Source: Clostridiaceae bacterium (GTDB lineage: Bacteria; Bacillota; Clostridia; Christensenellales; CAG-917). From it: a stretch of 64,000 nucleotides of DNA. Positions 48,256 through 57,231 of this stretch are shown piece by piece. Within the stretch, counting starts at the first letter, position 1. The number at the start of each line of letters is the position of its first letter. The notes under the pieces were generated by a model. The model ran no database searches. It was not told the DNA's origin and saw only the letters and a list, made by a program, of their open reading frames with translations. Made by a program: the position numbers and the translations under genes. The stretch spans positions 1,085 to 65,084 of the forward strand of contig JAITPR010000048.1 in NCBI GenBank assembly GCA_031289315.1, in the 5' to 3' direction.

Positions 48256-50226
48256 ATGAATAAGTTTGAGCTTGTTTCTAAATTTAAACCGACGGGCGAC
48301 CAACCGGACGCTATAGCAAGGCTTACGCGCGGCTTGAACGACGGTCTGCGTATGCAGGTATTGTTGGGCGTTACCGGAAGCGGCAAGACCTTTACCATGG
48401 CGAACGTAATTCAAGAGGTACAGCGTCCCGCGCTTATAATTGCGCATAACAAAATTTTGGCGGCGCAGCTTTGCAATGAATTCAGAGAATTTTTCCCTAA
48501 GAACCGCGTGGAGTTTTTCGTAAGCTACTACGATTATTATCAGCCGGAGGCGTATATTCCGCGTTCGGACACCTACATAGAAAAAGACCTTGCGATTAAC
48601 GACGAAATAGACAAACTAAGACATTCTGCGACAAGTTCTCTTTTTGAGTCGCGCGACGTAATTGTCGTCGCTTCGGTGTCGTGTATATACGGTTTGGGCG
48701 CTCCGGAGGAATATTTTCGGCAGTCCATTTCCCTACGTCCCGGGGCGGAAATCGACCGCGACGAGCTTTTGAGGAAGCTTGTGGACATTCAGTACAAGAG
48801 GGCGGACATAGATTTTCAACGTTCGACGTTTAGGGTACGCGGCGATACCGTGGACATTTTTCCGGCGGCGAACAGCGAAATAGCCGTACGGTTGGAGTTT
48901 TTCGGCGACGAAATCGAAAGAATTTTGGAGTTTGACGCGCTTACGGGCAAGGTGCTTAACGAGTTGAAGCACTCGATTATATTCCCTGCAAGCCACTACG
49001 TTGTGGGCGGCGAGCATATGGAAGCGGCGCTTAAGCAGATACGGCGGGATAAGGAATTACGCGTTGAGGAATTCCGCGAAAAAAATAAGCTCATAGAGGC
49101 GCAGAGAATTGACGAGCGCGTGAATTACGACATAGAGATGATACGCGAAATGGGCTATTGCAGCGGCATAGAAAATTATTCGCGGTATTTTGACGGGCGC
49201 GCACCGGGTACTCCGCCCTACACGCTTTTAGACTTTTTTCCCAAGGATTTTATAGTATTTGCCGACGAAAGCCACATGACGCTTCCGCAGATACGCGGCA
49301 TGTTTAACGGCGATAAAAGCCGAAAAATAAATCTTGTGGATTACGGCTTTCGTTTGCCGGCGGCGTTTGACAATCGCCCCTTGAATTTTGAGGAATTCGA
49401 CGCGCGGATAGGTCAAATCGTATGCGTATCCGCAACGCCCGGACCGTATGAAATGTCCGTCGCGGACGACGTGTCCGAACAGCTGATACGCCCTACCGGG
49501 CTTATAGACCCGGAGGTGTCCGTGCGTCCGATAGAGGGACAAATCGACGACCTAACGGAGGAAATTCGCAAGACGGCGGAGGTAGGCGGCAAGGTATTGG
49601 TTACCACGCTTACCAAAAGAATGGCGGAGAGCCTGACGGACTTTTTGCGTGAGAACGGCGTAAAGGTGAAATACCTGCACAGCGACATAGAAACGTTGGA
49701 ACGCATAAAGATTGTAAGCGGTTTGAGGAGCGGAGAGTTTGACGTGCTTGTCGGCATCAACCTATTGCGTGAGGGTTTGGATTTGCCGGAGGTTAGGCTT
49801 GTGGCGATTTTGGACGCGGATAAGGAGGGGTTTTTGAGAAGCGAAACTTCCCTTATACAGACAATCGGGCGCGCCGCCAGAAACATCGACGGAAAGGTGG
49901 TCATGTACGCCGACGTGATGACTGACAGCATGAAGCGCGCGATAAGCGAAACCAACCGCAGAAGACGCGTACAGACGGAATACAATGAAGAACACGATAT
50001 AACACCGCAATCCATTCAGAAAGAAATAATAAACACAATTCGAATTACTCAAAAAGTAGATGAACAACAAGAAACTGACACCAAAACGGATAAAAAAGAC
50101 GTTGCGCGCGAAATAGAGCGCTTAAAGGGTGCAATGCAATTGGCGGCGGATTCGTTGGATTTTGAGCTTGCGATAAGAATACGCGACCGTTTAGCCGAAC
50201 TCCGCAAATTCAGAAACAAGAAGTAA
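48256..50226 (+). CDS. uvrB: Excinuclease ABC subunit B
   Basis: 656 aa with [11 protein letters not shown], Walker A GVTGSGKT, helicase motifs and the C-terminal UVR domain ([17 protein letters not shown]). Confidence 0.97.
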   Translation: MNKFELVSKFKPTGDQPDAIARLTRGLNDGLRMQVLLGVTGSGKTFTMANVIQEVQRPALIIAHNKILAAQLCNEFREFFPKNRVEFFVSYYDYYQPEAYIPRSDTYIEKDLAINDEIDKLRHSATSSLFESRDVIVVASVSCIYGLGAPEEYFRQSISLRPGAEIDRDELLRKLVDIQYKRADIDFQRSTFRVRGDTVDIFPAANSEIAVRLEFFGDEIERILEFDALTGKVLNELKHSIIFPASHYVVGGEHMEAALKQIRRDKELRVEEFREKNKLIEAQRIDERVNYDIEMIREMGYCSGIENYSRYFDGRAPGTPPYTLLDFFPKDFIVFADESHMTLPQIRGMFNGDKSRKINLVDYGFRLPAAFDNRPLNFEEFDARIGQIVCVSATPGPYEMSVADDVSEQLIRPTGLIDPEVSVRPIEGQIDDLTEEIRKTAEVGGKVLVTTLTKRMAESLTDFLRENGVKVKYLHSDIETLERIKIVSGLRSGEFDVLVGINLLREGLDLPEVRLVAILDADKEGFLRSETSLIQTIGRAARNIDGKVVMYADVMTDSMKRAISETNRRRRVQTEYNEEHDITPQSIQKEIINTIRITQKVDEQQETDTKTDKKDVAREIERLKGAMQLAADSLDFELAIRIRDRLAELRKFRNKK

Positions 50227-50271
50227 GGGGCGCGGACGTAAGTATTTACGGCGGTTGTTAAAAATAATTTT

Positions 50272-50344
50272 AGGGTGTGGACACTTCGCGGTGACAAAAG
50301 ATTTTCTTGGCAGGCAAGTCGTCACCGCGGATTGTCCGCACTCC
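50272..50344 (+). repeat. Family A element, copy 13
   Basis: AGGGTGTGGACACTTCGCGGTGACAAAAGATTTTCTTGGCAGGCAAGTCGTCACCGCGGATTGTCCGCACTCC, downstream of uvrB. Confidence 0.85.
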
Positions 50345-50555
50345 ATTTTTATAGGTTCAGAAGCATTCCGGAAAAGAAAAGCAATAGAGTTGTCACAAAA
50401 CAAAGAAGGGAATTTTTAGCAAGGGATTTTCGTGTCCGTTTTTCAGGATAAAACGGGGGCGAAAAAAAAGTACCAACAAAACGGCATGTACCGGTATTAT
50501 TAAATCAAGAGGGTGCGTTTCGGCTTAAAATTAGGATACGGTTATCGGGAGCAAG

Positions 50556-51092
50556 ATGACGGATAACGAGTTACTTGAAGGCTTTATGCGTGAGCTGAAA
50601 GGCGGCAACAGAGATGCGCTTGACGGTATTTATAGGATTACCGCAAAGGGCGTATATCTTTTGGCGTACTCGATTTTGAGGAATGCGGAGAGCGCGCGGG
50701 ACGTCATGCAGGATACCTTTTTGAGGGTGGCGGCAAATATCGACAAGTATGAGCCGCAAAATAACGCAAAGGCGTGGGTGCTGATAATAGCGCGGAATAT
50801 AGGGTACAGAGAGTACGCCAACGCAAAGAGAAACGCGGGTTCGGCGGCTTTGGAACAGCTTGCAGACGCGCGGGATTACGCGTCGCAGTGGACGGATAAC
50901 GCCGCGTTAGCCGCCGTGTTAAATACATTGACGACGGAGGAGCGGGAGATTGTTACACTGTTCGCGATTGACGGCTACAAGCACCGCGAAATAGCGGAGA
51001 TAGTTAGCCGCCCGGCGGGAACGGTTCGCTGGCTTTATAATAGGGCGATAAACAGACTTAGAAAGCAGATGGAGGCGCACGATGAAAAATAA
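50556..51092 (+). CDS. ECF-type RNA polymerase sigma-70 family factor
   Basis: 178 aa. Region 2 (VMQDTFLRV...AWVLIIARN) and the region 4 HTH (EIAEIVSRPAGTVRWLYNRA) are present. Confidence 0.85.
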   Translation: MTDNELLEGFMRELKGGNRDALDGIYRITAKGVYLLAYSILRNAESARDVMQDTFLRVAANIDKYEPQNNAKAWVLIIARNIGYREYANAKRNAGSAALEQLADARDYASQWTDNAALAAVLNTLTTEEREIVTLFAIDGYKHREIAEIVSRPAGTVRWLYNRAINRLRKQMEAHDEK

Positions 51093-51963
51093 GGAAATAA
51101 AATCTCTGTTACGGGCGGAAGCCGATAGCGTGCGGTTGCCCGATATATCGGGCAATATAAGGGAAAAAGCGGCAAAATCGGAAGTCTTAAAATCGGAAGT
51201 CTTAAAATCGGAAACAGTTGCAATAGAAACAGCAATAGAAATAGTTGCAACGGAAACGGTTGCAATGGCAACTGTTGCGGAAAAAACTGTTGGCGTGCAA
51301 GCGGCGCGCGGAGCTGCGGGACGTAAGAGAATTTTATCCCTTGCAGTTGCCGTTGCCGCCGTGTTTGTTTTGGTATTCGCCGCCGTATTTATTCCGCAAA
51401 TCTTGCAAAGCGATCCGGACGGCTTTGACAGTCAAGAGTATGCGGCGGTTACCGTGGATATAAATTCAGGTTTGGAAATTTCCGTCAACGCGGAAGAGCG
51501 GATAATAGGCATACGCACGGTGGACGCTTCCGCCGCGGCGCTTTTAGACGGCATTTCATACGATGAGGAGCTGCTGTACGACGTGCTTGCGGAAATAATA
51601 GCAAAATGCAAAAACGGCAGTTTAAGTGAGGAAAACCCCGAACAAAACATTATTTTAGTGTCGGTAAGCTGTGTGAACATCGACGACGGCAACCGCATAA
51701 AGGAAAATATAGACGGCGCGATACACAAATGTTGCGAACAAAACGGCATGGCGGTCAAGGTGAATTTGATTGACTATCCCCAAGAGCTTGCATCCGCCGC
51801 CGCATATTGCAATGTTACGCCGGCAAAGCTGCAACTCATATTGACGGCGTATTCGGTTGACGCCGGGGGCAAATCGGAAGCCGATTTTATCGGAGAATTC
51901 CGGCATTTGGCGGTAGGTGAAATTTACGCCTATATAGCCGCGAACACAAGGAATGTCAAATGA
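51082..51963 (+). CDS. Putative anti-sigma factor (single-pass membrane protein)
   Basis: 293 aa. It overlaps the sigma gene stop by 11 nt. One TM helix (ILSLAVAVAAVFVLVFAAVFI) is present. No zinc-binding anti-sigma motif was seen, so the call rests on context. Confidence 0.5.
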   Translation: MKNKEIKSLLRAEADSVRLPDISGNIREKAAKSEVLKSEVLKSETVAIETAIEIVATETVAMATVAEKTVGVQAARGAAGRKRILSLAVAVAAVFVLVFAAVFIPQILQSDPDGFDSQEYAAVTVDINSGLEISVNAEERIIGIRTVDASAAALLDGISYDEELLYDVLAEIIAKCKNGSLSEENPEQNIILVSVSCVNIDDGNRIKENIDGAIHKCCEQNGMAVKVNLIDYPQELASAAAYCNVTPAKLQLILTAYSVDAGGKSEADFIGEFRHLAVGEIYAYIAANTRNVK

Positions 51964-53660
51964 CGGAAAAAACGGTGAGAATTTTAATAGACGGCATGAC
52001 TTGCGCGCATTGCGAAGATACCGTTGAAACCGCGCTTTCCGGTACGGAGGGTATAGCGCAAGTCAAAGTAAGCTATATAAAGGGGCTTGCGGATCTCGCG
52101 TACGACGCGGAAGTTGTAGAAATTGATGAAATAAAGGAAATAATAAGGTCGCTGGGTTATACGCCCGTTGATAATAAAGAGGACGCCGCGGCTTCAAAAA
52201 AGAAAAAACTGTCGCAATGGCTAAATCTCGTGGGCGTCCTTATCATATTGTTTGCCGTTTACTTTATACTTAACCGACTGGGCGTATTCGGTTTCGCCAA
52301 CATTTTCCCGCAGGCGGGAGAGGGTACGGCGCTGGGAATGCTGTTTGTAATAGGCTTGCTTACGTCGGTGCATTGCGTCGCGATGTGCGGCGGAATAAAT
52401 ATTTCGCAGTGTATAAATAGGGGAGCGGCAAAAACCGGAGATGCGGCGGCGGACGAGAACGTATCCGAAGATGAAAGCTTAGACGAGAGCGTAGCAGATG
52501 AGAAAATATTTGAAGATGAAAACGAAGAAGAGCGCGCGGTAGATAAGAATTTAGTCGCGTATGAAAGCTTAGACGAGAGCGTAGCGGGCGGAAATTTATT
52601 TACCGACGAGAATTTGGCGGCAAAAGAGCGCGCGGCGGTCGAAAGCTTAGACGAAAATGAGGCGGTCGGAAATTTATTTGAAGATGAGAGTGTAGATGAA
52701 AATTTGGTCGCGGATGAAAGCATTGAGGACGAGAACCCGGACGACGGGGAAGCCTTATATGCCGCTTCCGCGTCGAAGAAAAAATTCGATATAAAAACCT
52801 TCCGTTCCAGCCTGTTGTACAATCTAGGCAGGGTGATTTCTTACACGGTAATAGGCTTTATAGTGGGTGCTATAGGTTCGGTTTTAGCCTTCTCCGACAC
52901 GGCTAAGGGCGTAGTTTCCATTGTTGCCGGCGTACTTATGATTATCATGGGGCTTAACATGTTGGGCGTGTTGCCCTTCTTACGCAAGCTGTCCGTGAGA
53001 ATGCCTAAGTTCATAACCAAACCTATCAACAAATTAAAGGCAAAAAACAACTCGCCGTTTATCGTGGGTTTATTGAACGGCTTGATGCCGTGCGGACCGT
53101 TGCAAACCATGCAGATATACGCGTTGTCCACGGGCAGCCCATTTTTGGGCGCGTTTTCCATGTTTCTTTTCAGCTTAGGGACCGTTCCCTTGATGTTTGC
53201 CGTCGGCGCGTTGGGTTCCCTGCTAACCAAAAAAGTGGCTAAAAAAATCATGGCGGCGGCGTCGGCGCTGGTAATAGTTTTGGGCATGGTGATGTTCGGC
53301 AACGGCGCGGGGCTTTCTGGTTTAGCATTGCCGGAATTTTTGGGCGGTAGCGGCGGCGGGACGGCGGTCGAAGCCGCCGTCGACTACGAAAACAACGTGC
53401 AGACGGTGGAGTTCGACTTGCAACCGAACAGCTACAACGCTATTAGAGTTAAGAGAGGCGTTCCCGTCGTGTGGACGATAAGGGCGGACGCGGATAACTT
53501 AAACGGCTGTAACGGCGAAATTAAGGTCGGCAAGCTCGGCATATCCAAAAAATTGGAGATCGGCGACAATGTGATTGAGTTTACGCCGGAGAGCGGAGGT
53601 ACGATTGCATACAGCTGTTGGATGGGCATGATAAAAAGCCGGATAATAGTGTATGATTGA
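51960..53660 (+). CDS. HMA-domain / DsbD_2 (TauE-like) membrane protein with a C-terminal cupredoxin-like domain
   Basis: 566 aa with an ATGA overlap with the upstream ORF. It has an N-terminal GMTCAHCE heavy-metal-associated fold, TM region Cys motifs (CVAMCGG and MPCGPLQ), a ~100-aa acidic repeat loop and a C-terminal beta-rich domain with conserved Cys. Confidence 0.65.
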   Translation: MTEKTVRILIDGMTCAHCEDTVETALSGTEGIAQVKVSYIKGLADLAYDAEVVEIDEIKEIIRSLGYTPVDNKEDAAASKKKKLSQWLNLVGVLIILFAVYFILNRLGVFGFANIFPQAGEGTALGMLFVIGLLTSVHCVAMCGGINISQCINRGAAKTGDAAADENVSEDESLDESVADEKIFEDENEEERAVDKNLVAYESLDESVAGGNLFTDENLAAKERAAVESLDENEAVGNLFEDESVDENLVADESIEDENPDDGEALYAASASKKKFDIKTFRSSLLYNLGRVISYTVIGFIVGAIGSVLAFSDTAKGVVSIVAGVLMIIMGLNMLGVLPFLRKLSVRMPKFITKPINKLKAKNNSPFIVGLLNGLMPCGPLQTMQIYALSTGSPFLGAFSMFLFSLGTVPLMFAVGALGSLLTKKVAKKIMAAASALVIVLGMVMFGNGAGLSGLALPEFLGGSGGGTAVEAAVDYENNVQTVEFDLQPNSYNAIRVKRGVPVVWTIRADADNLNGCNGEIKVGKLGISKKLEIGDNVIEFTPESGGTIAYSCWMGMIKSRIIVYD

Positions 53661-53692
53661 GGCGCTTGAATGCGCTTTACAACGCGCGTCAA

Positions 53693-53762
53693 GAGGGGGA
53701 CAATCCGTGGTGACGACTTGCCTGCCAAGAAAATATTTTGTCACCGCGAACTGTCCATACCC
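53693..53762 (-). repeat. Family A element, copy 14
   Basis: GAGGGGGACAATCCGTGGTGACGACTTGCCTGCCAAGAAAATATTTTGTCACCGCGAACTGTCCATACCC. Confidence 0.85.
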
Positions 53763-53790
53763 TAAAACCTAAGGCTTGCTATTATGAGGA

Positions 53791-54267
53791 GTGCAAATGG
53801 CTAACAATAAGAAAGTAATAAAAATTTCTTCGACACAAAAGCATCGGGAAGAAGAGCTTGCCGCTAAAAAAGCCGCGGAGCTTGCATTGAAGCGAAAAAG
53901 ATTTATAATGATAGGTGTAATCTCCGCCGTCGTCATAACGGCTATCGTGCTCATGGCGGTGCTTATTCCCAGAAGCAGCGGCGGAACCTCCGCGACAATT
54001 TCTACCGACGTTCAAACCGTGACGACAAGCTCCGGCAGCAGCGGTAGCGGAAACATTACCGTAAAAGCGGGCGTGCCGGTTTCGTGGACTATTAACGCTT
54101 CCCAAAGCTTAGGTTGTATGACGGGCGTCAAGCAAAGCACATTGGGTATCAATAAAACTTTGTCGTCGGGTACGGCAAATACCGTGCGTTTTACGCCGAC
54201 TAAAAAGGGGACCTTTACGGTGACGTGTCCGTCGGGGCATTTCTTTTGCCGCATTACGGTGAACTGA
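53791..54267 (+). CDS. Membrane-anchored cupredoxin-like protein (paralog of the C-terminal domain of the previous ORF)
   Basis: 158 aa with one TM. KAGVPVSWTINA..GC..G...LGI.K.L...FTP..GT..V.C aligns with RGVPVVWTIRA..GC.G...LGISKKL...FTP..GT...SC in 51960-53660. Confidence 0.5.
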   Translation: MQMANNKKVIKISSTQKHREEELAAKKAAELALKRKRFIMIGVISAVVITAIVLMAVLIPRSSGGTSATISTDVQTVTTSSGSSGSGNITVKAGVPVSWTINASQSLGCMTGVKQSTLGINKTLSSGTANTVRFTPTKKGTFTVTCPSGHFFCRITVN

Positions 54268-54399
54268 CAAAGACCGTGCGAGTGGGCGTTATATAACGGC
54301 ATGATAAGATACGCGTAGCCGTGTGAGCGTTATAACGGCGTGATAAAATACGCGTAATTGTACTGTAAAGTACGGCAAATGAAAATAAAAGGAAAAGGA

Positions 54400-54436
54400 C
54401 TTCGCGCAATAATTTTATGCCGAACTGTCCACACCC
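54400..54436 (-). repeat. Family A degenerate arm, copy 15
   Basis: TTCGCGCAATAATTTTATGCCGAACTGTCCACACCC, just upstream of copA. Confidence 0.45.
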
Positions 54437-54454
54437 AAATAATAAGGACTATAT

Positions 54455-56938
54455 ATGGAAAACACATATTCGATAAACGGCATGACCTGCGCCGCTTGCG
54501 CAAACAGGGTGGAGAAAGCCGTTGCAAGGATAGACGGAGTTGAACGGGCGTCCGTCAACTTCGCCACGGAAAAGCTGACCGTCGTCTACGACGGGGACGC
54601 CGTTAACGCGGAAATGTTGAAGAACGCCGTTGAGCAAGCCGGCTACGGTTTGATTGAGAAATCCGCCGACAAAGCCGTAGTACTGCTTATTTCCGGCATG
54701 ACCTGCGCCGCTTGCGCAAGCAGAGTGGAAAAGGCGTTGCAACAGACGGACGGCGTGCTTTCGGCGGCGGTTAATTTTGCCACGGAGAGGGCTACGATAA
54801 GCTATGACCCCGGCAAAACAAAGGTATCCTTACTTAAAAAGGCGGTTGAGGCGGCGGGCTACGGTGCGCTTGATGCCGAAAATAAATCCGCCGTCGACGA
54901 GGACGCTCTGCGCAAGAAAAAGGAAATCAAAATACTTTGGATAAAGTTCGCTTTAGCCGCGGTGTTCAGCATTCCGCTTTTGTATTTTGCCATGGGTCCC
55001 ATGGTTTCGTGGTGGAAGGTTCCGGTGCCGATGATTTTCGACCCAATGATGAACCCGTTAAACTACGCTGTACTTCAATTGTCGCTTACCTTGCCCGTGA
55101 TAGCGGTAGGCTATAAGTTTTATACCGTCGGGTATAAAGCGATATTTAAGCGCAGTCCCAATATGGACTCCCTAATTGCAATAGGAACTACGGCGGCGGT
55201 CGGGTACAGCATTTACTCGCTTATAAGGATTGCCTTAGGCGACATGGGCGCGGTGGAAAGCCTGTACTTCGAAACGGCGGGCGTTATCATAACCTTGATA
55301 CTGTTGGGCAAGTCATTGGAGGCGGTTTCAAAGGGCAAGACAAGCGAAGCAATAAAGAAGCTCATGGGTCTTGCGCCTAAGACGGCAACCGTCGTTAAGG
55401 ACGGGCAGGAAATAGAAATCCAAATCGACGAGGTGGAAATCGATGACATAATATTAGTGCGTCCGGGTGAAAAAATACCTGTCGACGGAGTGGTTTTGGA
55501 GGGCTATACGGCTATAGACGAATCCATGCTGACGGGCGAAAGCATGCCGATTGACAAGAAAATCGGCGACAAGGTTTACACCGCCAGTATAAATAAAAAC
55601 GGCGTCATACGCTTTAAGGCTACCAAAATCGGCGCAGATACGGCGCTTGCAAGGATAATCAAGCTAGTAGAGGACGCACAAGGCTCTAAGGCGCCCATAG
55701 CTAAGGTTGCGGACGTGGTGTCGGGCTACTTTGTGCCAATCGTGTTCGGAATAGCTGTGGTTGCGTTTATAGCGTGGATGATAGGCGGCAAGGGTCCCGT
55801 ATTTTCGCTTACGATATTCATATCCGTGTTGGTAATAGCTTGCCCGTGCGCGTTGGGGCTTGCCACGCCTACCGCTATCATGGTTGGCACGGGTATCGGT
55901 GCAAAGAACGGCATTTTGATAAAGGGCGGCGAAGCGTTGGAAACCACGCATAAAATTAAGACGATTGTGTTCGATAAAACCGGTACGATAACGGAGGGTA
56001 AACCCGAAGTCACGGATATAATTTGTGCAAGCGGCGTAGACAGAACATATTTATTACAGCTTGCGGCGTCCGCGGAGAAAGGCTCCGAACACCCTTTGGG
56101 AGAGGCGATTGTGAAAGCCGCCGAAAAGGAAGGGCTGGAATTTTTAAAAACAGAAGGCTTCGAAGCGGTGACGGGGTTCGGAATTTCCGTCGCAATAGAC
56201 GGGAAGCAGGTGCTTTTGGGCAACAAAAAGCTGATGTTAAACAAGGAAATCCCGGTGGAGGAATTTGAAGCCCAATCGGATACGTTGGCGGAAGAGGGCA
56301 AAACCCCCATGTATATTGCGATAGACTCAGCGCCCGTAGGCATTATAGCCGTCGCCGACGTCGTTAAACCTAGTAGCCGCGACGCGATAGCCGCGCTCAA
56401 TAAAATGGGAGTGGAGGTAGCTATGATAACAGGAGATAACAAGCGTACGGCGGAGGCGATAGCAAGGCAGGTAGGCATTACGCGCGTTCTGTCGGAGGTG
56501 TTGCCGCAGGATAAGGCGAACGAGGTCAAAAAATTGCAGGCGGAAGGCAAAAAGGTGGCTATGGTAGGCGACGGTATAAACGACGCGCCAGCCTTAGCTC
56601 AAGCGGATATAGGAATAGCCATAGGAAACGGAACGGACGTGGCAATCGAATCGGCGGACATAGTTCTCATGCGTAGCGATTTGAACGACGTACCCACGGC
56701 GATAAGGTTAAGTAAAAATACCATGAGAAATATAAAACAGAACCTATTTTGGGCGTTCGGTTACAACGTTGCCGGCATACCGGTTGCGGCGGGGATACTG
56801 TATCTTTTTAACGGTCCGCTCTTAAACCCGATACTGGCGGCGGCGGCTATGTCGTTTAGCTCGGTGTCCGTGCTTCTCAACGCTCTGCGCTTGCGCTTCT
56901 TTAAAACGACGTCGAGAAAGGAGAAAAAAGCCTCTTGA
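54455..56938 (+). CDS. copA: Copper-translocating P1B-type ATPase
   Basis: 827 aa with two N-terminal GMTCAACA HMA domains, TGES, the CPC motif (ACPCALG), DKTGT and GDGINDAP. Confidence 0.95.
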   Translation: MENTYSINGMTCAACANRVEKAVARIDGVERASVNFATEKLTVVYDGDAVNAEMLKNAVEQAGYGLIEKSADKAVVLLISGMTCAACASRVEKALQQTDGVLSAAVNFATERATISYDPGKTKVSLLKKAVEAAGYGALDAENKSAVDEDALRKKKEIKILWIKFALAAVFSIPLLYFAMGPMVSWWKVPVPMIFDPMMNPLNYAVLQLSLTLPVIAVGYKFYTVGYKAIFKRSPNMDSLIAIGTTAAVGYSIYSLIRIALGDMGAVESLYFETAGVIITLILLGKSLEAVSKGKTSEAIKKLMGLAPKTATVVKDGQEIEIQIDEVEIDDIILVRPGEKIPVDGVVLEGYTAIDESMLTGESMPIDKKIGDKVYTASINKNGVIRFKATKIGADTALARIIKLVEDAQGSKAPIAKVADVVSGYFVPIVFGIAVVAFIAWMIGGKGPVFSLTIFISVLVIACPCALGLATPTAIMVGTGIGAKNGILIKGGEALETTHKIKTIVFDKTGTITEGKPEVTDIICASGVDRTYLLQLAASAEKGSEHPLGEAIVKAAEKEGLEFLKTEGFEAVTGFGISVAIDGKQVLLGNKKLMLNKEIPVEEFEAQSDTLAEEGKTPMYIAIDSAPVGIIAVADVVKPSSRDAIAALNKMGVEVAMITGDNKRTAEAIARQVGITRVLSEVLPQDKANEVKKLQAEGKKVAMVGDGINDAPALAQADIGIAIGNGTDVAIESADIVLMRSDLNDVPTAIRLSKNTMRNIKQNLFWAFGYNVAGIPVAAGILYLFNGPLLNPILAAAAMSFSSVSVLLNALRLRFFKTTSRKEKKAS

Positions 56939-57231
56939 CGTGGAGAAAAATTCTTTTTACCGGAAGGCAAAATCCGTTAGACGGGAAAGTAAACTTCGTT
57001 TGACGGAGAAACAAAATCCGATTGACGTGGACTTACGTAGAAATTTTTTTTAAATTTGTGTGCGGTTTTATAAATATTATATTATCATGAACGCGTGAGC
57101 TTGAGCGCCCTAAAAATAGGACGCTCCTAATCTATAGACAAGATAAAAAATTTTTCCGCAAAGCGGACGCGGCAAGGAAAACACAACCCTTGTATGCGAA
57201 GGAAAGCCTACGGGAAAGACGGTACGGTGAT

